Of a stretch of 64,000 nucleotides of DNA, positions 20,459-28,353 are shown piece after piece. A program made the translations under genes and the position numbers. Source of the DNA: Clostridia bacterium. Its GTDB lineage: Bacteria > Bacillota > Clostridia > UMGS1883. Each line of letters begins with the position of its first letter. Position 1 is the stretch's first letter. The notes beneath the pieces were generated by a model. That model ran no database searches. It saw only the letters and a program-made list of their open reading frames with translations, and had not been told where the DNA came from. The DNA lies in the NCBI GenBank assembly GCA_045638945.1, contig JAZUCF010000002.1:84-64083 (forward strand), given 5' to 3'.

Positions 20459-22081
20459 TTACATTTTTAACTTAACCTCGCAAAATTCTCCTGTTTCTAT
20501 ATTTCTGTAAATAAGGGTGTTTTCAAGTAAAGTTAATGAGGTCACTTTGTCTGCACTTACAAATAACGGTGCTTTTATATTTCTTTCACTGCTTGCATCA
20601 AAAACATAAAGCCGTGCCGCCGGATTTTCGGAATTATCCTTTGCTATCAAGTAGTTTCCGCTGTAGCTGAAGCTTGTATTGGGTGAAAAATCCATCAAGG
20701 CAAATCTTCCCTGATACGGCGGAGGAACATCGCCCCAGGGATTTGCGTATAATTCCGCATACGTGCCATATTCATCCTTTGTTATAACAAGCATTCCCCA
20801 ATACGGATTTTCGCCCGTTAAGGCATCGTCAACGCAGGAAAGCTGTATCACTTCATGAAGCGGTGCTGAATTTTCTTTAAGCTCAAAATATTCTTTTGTA
20901 TCAGCCTTGTACTGAGTAAGGCTTCCGTTACGTGTGTATATGACAATCTGCCCGTTAGTAACACTGTCATAAGCCTCGAAATTGTCAACATTTGAAGCAA
21001 TTTCCGATGCTTCACCGCTTTTAGCGTTTATACAAATAAGTGTTTTTATTTCTTCCTCGCCCTTATAGCCGATTACATAAATATTATCTCCCACAATCTG
21101 CGGAGGGATTACCTCGTCCGATGAATGGCGTCCCGGTGTGCCAAAGGAAATACCGGGGATTTTAACCTCGGTTTTAGCTTCGCTGATATAGTAGCAAAAT
21201 TCCCAAGTTCCGGTAAAGAAGGATAATTCAGCCGTTACACCATCGCCATAGGCACGATAGTAGGTTACTATCCCCACTTTCGGACTTTCAAGCTTGGTAA
21301 GGGTTTTATCCTTGTTAATAATGTATCGGTGACTTGTGCCCATAGTGGCACCGCCCGAATAGTAGGAAAGGTATACCTTTCCGTCTGAAAAGCTAAGCCC
21401 TGCCGGCTGTCCGCTTCCAATATGGTGAATAACCTCCTGATTATCAAGGTCATTGACAGGTGTTCTGTATATATTGCCGTTAGATGAATTATGATGGTAA
21501 TAATACTCTCCGTCACAAGTAAAGCCATCATAATAGGAGTTCATTTCCAATGCGGATAAATCAAGCATTTTAACTTTGTGGTTAGCTGAATTTATATTAA
21601 GTCCGTTTTCACCATCAAAAGAATATTCCCATAAAAATTCATCCGCCGCAAAACGCCACGTCAAGGGAAAATATGTCACATCACGGAAGGTTAAGAGGGG
21701 ATAAGGCTCACTTTTGTTGTCAATCGCCTTTCCGTTTACAATAATATTAAAGTTACAGATATTAACATTGTTATTTTTAACATTCTTATTCTCGCTTTTG
21801 TAAGCGGTAAGAACAGAATTTATATTCTTTTTTGATATAGTAAGTGTATTTGTTTTTTCGTCCCACTCGGTTACAAGTCCTAAGTGTCTGCTGTCAAAAT
21901 AAGTCATAGGAAAGTACGTGATGTCCTTGTACACAAGCAGGGGATATTCCCTGTATGTGCTGTCTACCTTGTTGCCGTTAAAATGCACGTCAAAGGCAGG
22001 CAAAACTGCGGTTTCTTTTGCATAAACATTTGATGCAAGTGAGAGAATGATGATTGAAAATAAAACTGCAACTTTTTTCAT
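20459..22081 (-). CDS. secreted protein: two stalk-like modules plus a beta-propeller-like C-terminus (P5, closest paralog of P1)
   Basis: Signal peptide MKKVAVLFSIIILSLASNVYA. Modules YPLLVYKDITYFPMTYFDSRHLG and YPLLTFRDVTYFPLTWRFAADEFLWEY. C-terminus contains GEYYYHHNSSNGNIYRTP. Confidence 0.6.
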   Translation of the reverse strand: MKKVAVLFSIIILSLASNVYAKETAVLPAFDVHFNGNKVDSTYREYPLLVYKDITYFPMTYFDSRHLGLVTEWDEKTNTLTISKKNINSVLTAYKSENKNVKNNNVNICNFNIIVNGKAIDNKSEPYPLLTFRDVTYFPLTWRFAADEFLWEYSFDGENGLNINSANHKVKMLDLSALEMNSYYDGFTCDGEYYYHHNSSNGNIYRTPVNDLDNQEVIHHIGSGQPAGLSFSDGKVYLSYYSGGATMGTSHRYIINKDKTLTKLESPKVGIVTYYRAYGDGVTAELSFFTGTWEFCYYISEAKTEVKIPGISFGTPGRHSSDEVIPPQIVGDNIYVIGYKGEEEIKTLICINAKSGEASEIASNVDNFEAYDSVTNGQIVIYTRNGSLTQYKADTKEYFELKENSAPLHEVIQLSCVDDALTGENPYWGMLVITKDEYGTYAELYANPWGDVPPPYQGRFALMDFSPNTSFSYSGNYLIAKDNSENPAARLYVFDASSERNIKAPLFVSADKVTSLTLLENTLIYRNIETGEFCEVKLKM

Positions 22082-22098
22082 AGAGAGAACCTGCCTTT

Positions 22099-23400
22099 CT
22101 ACCCCAATATTGCCTCTAAAAGCTCATACCCGTCATCACCCACGGCAATGATTTTTGTATTAAGCTCTCTTTCGATATCCTGTGTGGTAACATCGTCTAA
22201 TAAGACATTTTCACCGTCACGGAGCATATTTTTTGTGATAATAAGATTATCGCCCAAATCTTTTCCTTTAAGCTGCTTTATAATGTCGCAGCCGCACAAA
22301 AGTCCCGAAACTGTAATTTGCTCACCAAAAAAGTTATTGATGATTTTTTCTACATTTATTTTAATGTGGGGATATTTTTTTGTTATTTCTTCTGCAAAAT
22401 CGCACATTGTGCTATGTACCGCCGCCCCCGTTACGAGGGTTACAGTGCGACAATTTTCCGTAGCAGGGGAGGATTTTATTGCATCGGTAAGCTCCTCCCG
22501 AAGTGACGCAATCATACCCACTCCGTTTTCAATCTGCGGAAAACCGCAGTACGCATTGCTTTCGGGAATTTCATACCCCGCTTTAAGATAAATTTCATCT
22601 GATGCGTATACAAAGCCTGTGCCTGTTTCTTCTTTTGCTTTTTTCTGCCACTTTTCAATTTCGGCTATAAGCTCCCTTGCTTTATCGCCGTCTACTGCCG
22701 TCATGGGGCAAAGCCCTTCGCGGTGCTTTGTTAAACCGATAGGAACAACGGAAACGCTTTTTACACATTCACGCATTTCATAGAGCTTTTCTATCGTATA
22801 GGAAAGCTCTTTTCCATCATTATAGGTGGGGCATAAAACTATCTGGCAGTTCATTATTATGCCGTTATCCGAGAGCCTTTTCATAATTTCGGGAAGCCGT
22901 GCCGCTTTTGGGTTTTTCAGCATCTTCACCCTAAGGTCGGGATTCATTGTATGCACGGAAATATTTATGGGACTTATACGAAGCCTTATTATTCTGTCAA
23001 TTTCATCATCATCAAGATTTGTAAAGGTCACATAATTTCCCTGAAAAAATGAAAGCCGTGTATCATCATCCTTGAAATAAAGGCTTTCCCTCATACCTTT
23101 AGGAAGCTGGTCTATAAAGCAGAATACACACTTATTCGTGCAGTGAAGCGGCTTGTCCATAAGGGAGTTTTCAAATTCCACTCCAAGCGGCTCATAGGCG
23201 TCCTTTTCAAATTCTACCTCAACTTCTTCGCCCTGCTTCGTCAAAACTGTCAGAGTAATTTCTTCATCATTTATGAGGAAGCGGTAGTCAAGCACGTCCT
23301 TAATCTCAACGCCGTTTATTTTTTCAATTGTATCGCCTGCCTCAAGACCGAGTTCTTCGGCAATTGAATCCGGCTCAACGTATTTAATTATTGCAGACAT
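22099..23400 (-). CDS. DUF512 radical-SAM protein with N-terminal PDZ-like domain
   Basis: PDZ-like N-terminus (AEELGLEAGDTIEKINGVEI) and cluster motif CTNKCVFCF. 433 aa. Confidence 0.75.
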   Translation of the reverse strand: MSAIIKYVEPDSIAEELGLEAGDTIEKINGVEIKDVLDYRFLINDEEITLTVLTKQGEEVEVEFEKDAYEPLGVEFENSLMDKPLHCTNKCVFCFIDQLPKGMRESLYFKDDDTRLSFFQGNYVTFTNLDDDEIDRIIRLRISPINISVHTMNPDLRVKMLKNPKAARLPEIMKRLSDNGIIMNCQIVLCPTYNDGKELSYTIEKLYEMRECVKSVSVVPIGLTKHREGLCPMTAVDGDKARELIAEIEKWQKKAKEETGTGFVYASDEIYLKAGYEIPESNAYCGFPQIENGVGMIASLREELTDAIKSSPATENCRTVTLVTGAAVHSTMCDFAEEITKKYPHIKINVEKIINNFFGEQITVSGLLCGCDIIKQLKGKDLGDNLIITKNMLRDGENVLLDDVTTQDIERELNTKIIAVGDDGYELLEAILG

Positions 23401-23435
23401 ACCGCACCTCCTTTTTTGTTAAAATAGTTTTTCAA

Positions 23436-25235
23436 TTATTCTTCAGTTGCGTGTCTGTCTACTCCGTTCACAATCGCTAAGCCTAACTCGTCAAGCTGTT
23501 TCTGGTCAACCACGTCGGGTGACTGAATCATAAGCTCACCGCTGTCCTTAACCTTGGGGAATGCAATTGTGTCACGGATTGAGTCACAGCCAGCCATAAG
23601 CATAACAATTCTGTCAAGTCCGTAAGCAAGTCCGCCATGAGGGGGTGTACCGTAGCGGAACGCATTGAGAAGATAACCGAATCTCTCCTGTGCCTGCTCA
23701 GCAGTAAAGCCGAGACATTCAAACATTTTCTGCTGCATAGCATGGTCGTAAATACGGATGCTTCCGCCGCCAAGCTCGTAACCGTTAAGAACAATATCAT
23801 ATGCCTTAGCACGAACCTTACCGGGGTCAGTGTCAAGAAGTGCAATATCCTCGTCCTTGGGAGAGGTAAAGGGATGGTGCATTGCAACGTAGCGGTTTTC
23901 CTCCTCATCATACTCAAGAAGCGGGAAATCAGTTACCCAAAGGAGATTGAACATTCCCTCGGGGATAAGGTCAAATCTTTTTGCGATTTCGCAGCGGAGT
24001 GCACCAAGTGATGCATAAACAACGCTTGCCTTAAGGTCTGCCACAAAAAGGATTACATCTCCCGCCTTTGCATCTGCTTTGTCAGCAATTGCTTTAAGCT
24101 CTTCGGGAGAGAAGAATTTTGCAATGCTGCCGCGGATTTCATTTTCGTCAACGATAAGCCAAGCCATACCCTTAGCCTTGTATGTTTTTACAAATTCAAC
24201 AAGGTTATCAAGTGTCTTTCTTGTAAGCTTATCGGAAAGTCCCTTTGCATTGATTGCACGGACTGTTCCACCATTTTTAACCGTGTCTGCAAAGGCACTG
24301 AAACCGCAACCGTCGAAAAGCTCACTCATATCGCAAAGCTCAAGACCGAATCTTGTGTCTGGCTTATCGCTGCCGAAGCGGTCCATTGCCTCCTGCCATG
24401 TAAGACGGGGGAGGGGAAGCGTTACATCATAATCAAGCACTTCCTTAAATACTCTCTTAAGGAAGCCCTCGTTCATATTCATTACATCATCCTCGTCAAC
24501 GAAGCTCATTTCAAGGTCAATCTGTGTGAATTCGGGCTGACGGTCAGCACGTAAATCCTCGTCACGGAAGCATTTTGCAATCTGAATATATCTGTCCATA
24601 CCGCCAAGCATCAAAAGCTGCTTGTACTGCTGAGGTGACTGGGGAAGTGCAAAGAAATTACCGGGGTATACACGGCTGGGAACAAGATAGTCACGTGCTC
24701 CCTCAGGTGTGCTCTTTGTAAGAATAGGGGTTTCGATTTCAAGGAAACCATTTTCATCAAAGTATCTTCTCGCAACCTGTGTAACGCGGTGGCGAAGCTT
24801 AAGCGTATTAACAAGTGTGGGTCTGCGAAGGTCAAGGTAACGGTATTTAAGACGAAGGTCTTCGCCTGCCTTAACATCATCAGTGATAACAAAGGGGGTA
24901 ACATCGCAGGTGTTTAAAATACGAAGCTCGCTTGCTTCAATCTCAACCTTGCCTGTGGGGATATTGTCGTTAATGTTGCTTCTCATTCTTACAGTACCTG
25001 TTACTGCAATTACATATTCCATGTGAAGCTCGGAGGCTTTTTTCTGAAGCTCCTCATTACCCGGCTCGAAAACTATCTGGGAAATACCGCTCCTGTCACG
25101 GATATCAACAAAAACAAGACCGCCCATATCTCTTGCCTTGGCAACCCAACCCATAAGAGTTACAGTTTCGCCAATGTGTGCTTCCCTCAACTCACCGCAC
25201 ATATATGTTCTTTTTAATCCTTTGATTGTATCCAT
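23436..25235 (-). CDS. aspS: aspartate--tRNA ligase
   Basis: OB-fold N-terminus and class II motifs (FRDEDLRADRQPEFTQID, GGGSIRI). 599 aa. Confidence 0.95.
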   Translation of the reverse strand: MDTIKGLKRTYMCGELREAHIGETVTLMGWVAKARDMGGLVFVDIRDRSGISQIVFEPGNEELQKKASELHMEYVIAVTGTVRMRSNINDNIPTGKVEIEASELRILNTCDVTPFVITDDVKAGEDLRLKYRYLDLRRPTLVNTLKLRHRVTQVARRYFDENGFLEIETPILTKSTPEGARDYLVPSRVYPGNFFALPQSPQQYKQLLMLGGMDRYIQIAKCFRDEDLRADRQPEFTQIDLEMSFVDEDDVMNMNEGFLKRVFKEVLDYDVTLPLPRLTWQEAMDRFGSDKPDTRFGLELCDMSELFDGCGFSAFADTVKNGGTVRAINAKGLSDKLTRKTLDNLVEFVKTYKAKGMAWLIVDENEIRGSIAKFFSPEELKAIADKADAKAGDVILFVADLKASVVYASLGALRCEIAKRFDLIPEGMFNLLWVTDFPLLEYDEEENRYVAMHHPFTSPKDEDIALLDTDPGKVRAKAYDIVLNGYELGGGSIRIYDHAMQQKMFECLGFTAEQAQERFGYLLNAFRYGTPPHGGLAYGLDRIVMLMAGCDSIRDTIAFPKVKDSGELMIQSPDVVDQKQLDELGLAIVNGVDRHATEE

Positions 25236-25237
25236 CT

Positions 25238-26509
25238 TTATTTCTCCTTTACTATACTTAAAATATCGTCAAGGTTTTCAAGGCTAACCTCTGTCTGCTC
25301 TTTTTCTTTCATGTTCTTAAGCATTGCGGTTTTCTTTTCAGCCTCATCGGTTCCGATTACCATACTGAAACGTGCACCGCATTTATCGGCATATTTCATC
25401 TGTGCCTTAAGGCTTCTACTGCACAAATCTCTTTCGCACTTAATTCCTTCCTTGCGAAGCTTATCGGTAAGAGCAGTTACAAAAAGCTTTGTTTCATCAC
25501 CGATATTTGCAACGAAGATGTCGGGTACATTCTCAAGCACAGGAAGTGCGTCAGCCTCCTCAAGAGCAAGGATAAGCCTTTCAATACCCATTGCAAAGCC
25601 TATACCGGGGGTGGAAGCACCGCCAAGCTGTTCTATAAGCCCGTCATATCTTCCTCCGCCGCAAACCGTTCCGGCAGTACCCGAAAGCGCTGTTTTAAAC
25701 TCAAATACAGTCTTTGTATAGTAATCAAGTCCGCGTACGATTGTACCGTCTACATTGTAGCTTATTCCCATTGCTTCAAGGTGCTTTTTCACTTCTTCAA
25801 AATGGTTGTAACATTCCTCGCATATATAGTCAAGAAGCACAGGAGCTTTATCGGCAATTTCTCCGCAAACAGGGCTTTTGCAGTCCAGTATACGGAGGGG
25901 ATTCTTGTCAAATCTGTCACGGCAGGTCTGGCAAAGTGTACCATCCTCAATATAAGGACGGAAATAATCCTTTAAAGCCTCGTTATATTTTTTGCGGCAA
26001 GTGGGGCAACCGATAGAGTTAATGTTAAGGCTAAGCTTTTTAATACCAAGCTCGGTTAAAATAGTCTTTGCAAGTGAGATTACCTCGGCGTCTACACAAG
26101 GCTCGCTTGTACCATAGCACTCTGCTCCGAACTGGTGAAACTCTCTGAGTCTGCCTGCCTGTGGCTTCTCATAGCGGTAGCAGGTAATATTATAGCAAAG
26201 CTTGGCAGGGAGGGGCTGTGCATATATATTATGCTCAAGAAACGCTCTTGCAACAGAAGCCGTCCCCTCGGGACGAAGCGTGATACTTCTTCCGCCTTTA
26301 TCATTGAAGGTGTACATTTCCTTTTGCACAACGTCGGTTGTGTCGCCAACTCCGCGTTCAAAAAGCTCCGTATGCTCAAACACGGGAGTGCGGATTTCAC
26401 TGTAGCCGAAACGCGAGCTTATATCGGCTATTTTATTTTCAATATATTTCCATTTTAAAATATCGGGTGACAGAATATCTGCCGTACCTCTTGGTGCAGT
26501 AATTGCCAC
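25238..26509 (-). CDS. hisS: histidine--tRNA ligase
   Basis: Full-length HisS similarity (RGTADIL..., YRYEKPQAGRLREFHQ). Start set to the GTG (VAITAPRGT) with AAAGGA upstream, because the track N-terminal extension is not HisS-like. Confidence 0.9.
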   Translation of the reverse strand: MAITAPRGTADILSPDILKWKYIENKIADISSRFGYSEIRTPVFEHTELFERGVGDTTDVVQKEMYTFNDKGGRSITLRPEGTASVARAFLEHNIYAQPLPAKLCYNITCYRYEKPQAGRLREFHQFGAECYGTSEPCVDAEVISLAKTILTELGIKKLSLNINSIGCPTCRKKYNEALKDYFRPYIEDGTLCQTCRDRFDKNPLRILDCKSPVCGEIADKAPVLLDYICEECYNHFEEVKKHLEAMGISYNVDGTIVRGLDYYTKTVFEFKTALSGTAGTVCGGGRYDGLIEQLGGASTPGIGFAMGIERLILALEEADALPVLENVPDIFVANIGDETKLFVTALTDKLRKEGIKCERDLCSRSLKAQMKYADKCGARFSMVIGTDEAEKKTAMLKNMKEKEQTEVSLENLDDILSIVKEK

Positions 26510-26572
26510 GAAAATCAGTCCTTTCTGAATAGATAAACACAATATCTCCAATTTTACATATAATATCATCTT

Positions 26573-26602
26573 ATTCTACTATTTTATAGGTAGTTATGTC
26601 AA
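26573..26602 (-). promoter_or_regulatory. sigma-70-type promoter of hisS-aspS
   Basis: Minus strand reads TTGACA, 18 nt spacer, TAGAAT, about 65 nt upstream of the hisS start. Confidence 0.55.
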
Positions 26603-26650
26603 GACTTTAATGGAAAAAATTAGCCATATTTGCCGTGTTAAAGCATTTTT

Positions 26651-26691
26651 TCAGAAAAAACAAAAAGGCCATGACATATGTCATAGCCTTT
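26651..26691 (-). terminator. intrinsic terminator after the acidic-tail gene
   Basis: Hairpin AAGGCTATGAC/GTCATGGCCTT (one mismatch) followed by TTTTTGTTTTTT on the minus strand. Confidence 0.7.
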
Positions 26692-26707
26692 GGAGTTTCA
26701 GTGAATA

Positions 26708-27313
26708 TTATTCTTCTTCATCGTCCGAATCGTCGTATTCTTCGTCATCATCATCTTCATAGTCTTCCTCGGAATCGTCATCTTCTTCATAATACTCGTC
26801 GTATTCATCTTCGTCGTCTTCGTACTCATCATCTTCGTCAGATTCATTCTTTTTAAGGAATATGGATACTGCAAAGAGTATACATACGATAATCACGATT
26901 ACGAGTGCCCCGATAATAAGCTTTCCTAAAATGCCGCTGCCTGAGGATTCTTTTGCTTTGGGTGCATTTTCATTTTTGCCTTCAGTTGCATCATCGTCAT
27001 TGAGAGCAGGTTCCTGTACGCTTTGAGCAAGTGCTTTCTGCTCTTTCTTCGCCTCGGCAAGCTCGTGATAAATCTTTGTAAGCTCATCTTTTCTTGCCTT
27101 GATTTCTGCTTCGTATGTATCTACTGCTTCCTGATAATTGTCAAGATTCTTGGTCATTTCAGTGATTCTGGGGTCAAGTCCTGATGAGGATGATTTACCG
27201 CATACAATACCCACAATTAAGCTGAGTATACAAAAAACCACCGCAGCGGAGGCTGTGATTTTTTTCTTCTTTTTCTTAGGTGTATTAGCACTTCTGTAAT
27301 TGTTAAGTTCCAT
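26708..27313 (-). CDS. two-TM coiled-coil membrane protein with polyacidic Tyr-rich C-terminal tail
   Basis: KKKKKK then TM1, a ~95-aa coiled-coil-like loop, TM2, then a tail of ~47 residues made almost only of D/E/Y/S (DEDDEYEDDEDEYDEYYEEDDDSEEDYEDDDDEEYDDSDDEEE). Promoter TTGTAT-17-TATACT with an extended TG lies upstream. Confidence 0.6.
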   Translation of the reverse strand: MELNNYRSANTPKKKKKKITASAAVVFCILSLIVGIVCGKSSSSGLDPRITEMTKNLDNYQEAVDTYEAEIKARKDELTKIYHELAEAKKEQKALAQSVQEPALNDDDATEGKNENAPKAKESSGSGILGKLIIGALVIVIIVCILFAVSIFLKKNESDEDDEYEDDEDEYDEYYEEDDDSEEDYEDDDDEEYDDSDDEEE

Positions 27314-27449
27314 ATATATCCCCCCGAATTATTATTCATGAAATAAGTATACCACAAAAAACGACACGATACAAGAAAAAAAACAAAAATTTTCGGATTT
27401 TATCATTTTGGGGGAATCGTTTTTTTAACGCTCTTCCGTTTGAAACTAA

Positions 27450-27570
27450 GGCATCTGCTTCGCTGCCGCTTGCATCTTGCCTTGTTTCTGCACAACCCTG
27501 CGCCTTCGTTTGCTCTGCCACCGGCAGCACTCAGGCTCGGTTCCTCTCAGGGTTCGAATCCTGCTCTTGC
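27450..27570. other. GC-rich structured intergenic element of unknown nature
   Basis: About 120 nt, much more GC-rich than its flanks. Contains hairpin CTGCC-ACC-GGCAG and a tRNA T-arm-like CAGGGTTCGAATCCTG. It abuts the bidirectional terminator. Confidence 0.3.
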
Positions 27571-27609
27571 AAAAAAAACCACCAACGGCTAAAGCCATTG
27601 ATGGTTTTT
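27571..27609. terminator. bidirectional intrinsic terminator (ends the tRNA-Gln transcript)
   Basis: Imperfect 12-bp hairpin ACCACCAACGGC/GCCATTGATGGT flanked by A8 and T6 runs. Confidence 0.65.
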
Positions 27610-27683
27610 TGGTTGCCGAACTAGGATTCGAACCCAGACAAACAGAGTCAGAGTCTGCTGTGCTACCCTTACACAATTCGGCA
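27610..27683 (-). tRNA. tRNA-Gln (anticodon CUG)
   Basis: Folded by hand. Acceptor TGCCGAA/TTCGGCA, D stem GTGT/GCAC with a GG loop, anticodon stem GCAGA/TCTGT with loop CT-CTG-AC, T arm CTGGG-TTCGAAT-CCTAG, discriminator A, encoded CCA. Confidence 0.85.
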
Positions 27684-27715
27684 ATATTAAGTTGTCCCTC
27701 AAAGAGTACTTGCAT

Positions 27716-27744
27716 ATTATACAACTTAATTTTTCCTTTGTCAA
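27716..27744 (-). promoter_or_regulatory. consensus sigma-70 promoter of tRNA-Gln
   Basis: Minus strand reads TTGACA, 17 nt spacer, TATAAT, about 32 nt upstream of the mature tRNA 5' end. Confidence 0.7.
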
Positions 27745-27772
27745 TTATTTTTTTCATTTTTTTGAAAAAAAT

Positions 27773-28228
27773 TCAGTTTTTTTGAGTTTTGTCTAAAAAA
27801 CCTCTGATGCCCTCATTTACATCCTGCCATGTTTGCTCAAAATCCCCCGTATACCATGGGTCTGCAACGTCACGGGGGGAATCGGTAAAATCCATTAATA
27901 AAGAAACTTTCCCATCGGGGTCCCCGCCTGTGATGCGTGTCATATTACGAAGATTGCTTCTGTCCATAGCAATAATAAAATCATAGTGAGAATAATCTTC
28001 TTTTGCCATTTGCCGTGCAGTTTTTCCATTGCAGGAAATGCCGTGCTCGGCGAGCTTCCTCTTTGCAGGGGGATATACCTCGTTTCCTATTTCTTCGGTA
28101 CTTACAGCGGCAGATGCGATTTCAAATTTATCGGAAATACCGAGCTTTTTCACCATATCTTTCATTGCAAATTCAGCCATAGGGCTTCTGCATATATTGC
28201 CATGGCAAACGAATAATACTTTTATCAC
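27773..28228 (-). CDS. low-molecular-weight protein-tyrosine phosphatase
   Basis: P-loop VCHGNICRSP (CX5R-S) and Asp loop DVADPWY. 151 aa. Confidence 0.9.
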   Translation of the reverse strand: MIKVLFVCHGNICRSPMAEFAMKDMVKKLGISDKFEIASAAVSTEEIGNEVYPPAKRKLAEHGISCNGKTARQMAKEDYSHYDFIIAMDRSNLRNMTRITGGDPDGKVSLLMDFTDSPRDVADPWYTGDFEQTWQDVNEGIRGFLDKTQKN

Positions 28229-28293
28229 AATAAGTCATTCCTTTCAAAAGTGAGTATAACACAGTTTCGAATTTTTTACAAGCGGTATTTTAA

Positions 28294-28322
28294 TTGACAA
28301 AGCGTACCTATTTTGATATACT
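28294..28322 (+). promoter_or_regulatory. sigma-70-type promoter
   Basis: TTGACA, 17 nt spacer, TATACT. The track ORF start at 28294 is actually this -35 hexamer. Confidence 0.6.
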
Positions 28323-28353
28323 AGGTGTACGTAAAAGGAAAGGAAATGAAAAA

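Noticed and set aside
26510-26660. Expected T-box leader upstream of hisS-aspS
   Set aside because: Only ~65 nt separate the predicted promoter (TTGACA-18-TAGAAT) from the start codon. There is no GGUGGUACCGCG-like sequence and no terminator hairpin, so this operon has no T-box here.
26635-26856. His/Arg-rich 73-aa plus-strand ORF (HHHLHSLPRNRHLLHNTRRIHLRRLRTHHLRQ)
   Set aside because: It is the antisense mirror of the GA-rich codons that encode the D/E/Y tail of the minus-strand gene, which has a promoter, RBS and TM segments.
27548-27571. Possible second tRNA on the plus strand (GGTTCGAATCC T-loop-like motif)
   Set aside because: The T stem has only 3 good pairs in canonical register, or 4 bp with an 8-nt loop. 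Nothing upstream complements the would-be 3' acceptor strand (CTCTTGC/TCTTGCA), and I could build no D or anticodon arm. It is kept only as part of the unexplained GC-rich element.
27446-27785. ORFs 27446-27757 (minus) and 27477-27785 (plus)
   Set aside because: Both read straight through the tRNA-Gln gene, its terminator and its promoter. They are artefacts of an ORF finder in a non-coding RNA region.
28294-28353. N-terminal extensions of several track ORFs (28294, 30334, 35249, 37590, 41537, 52836, 19399, 20450, 7521, 10368, 26569, 54974)
   Set aside because: The extensions lack an RBS and often contain promoter or terminator sequence. An internal ATG/GTG/TTG with a good Shine-Dalgarno, or the family's normal N-terminus, was used instead.
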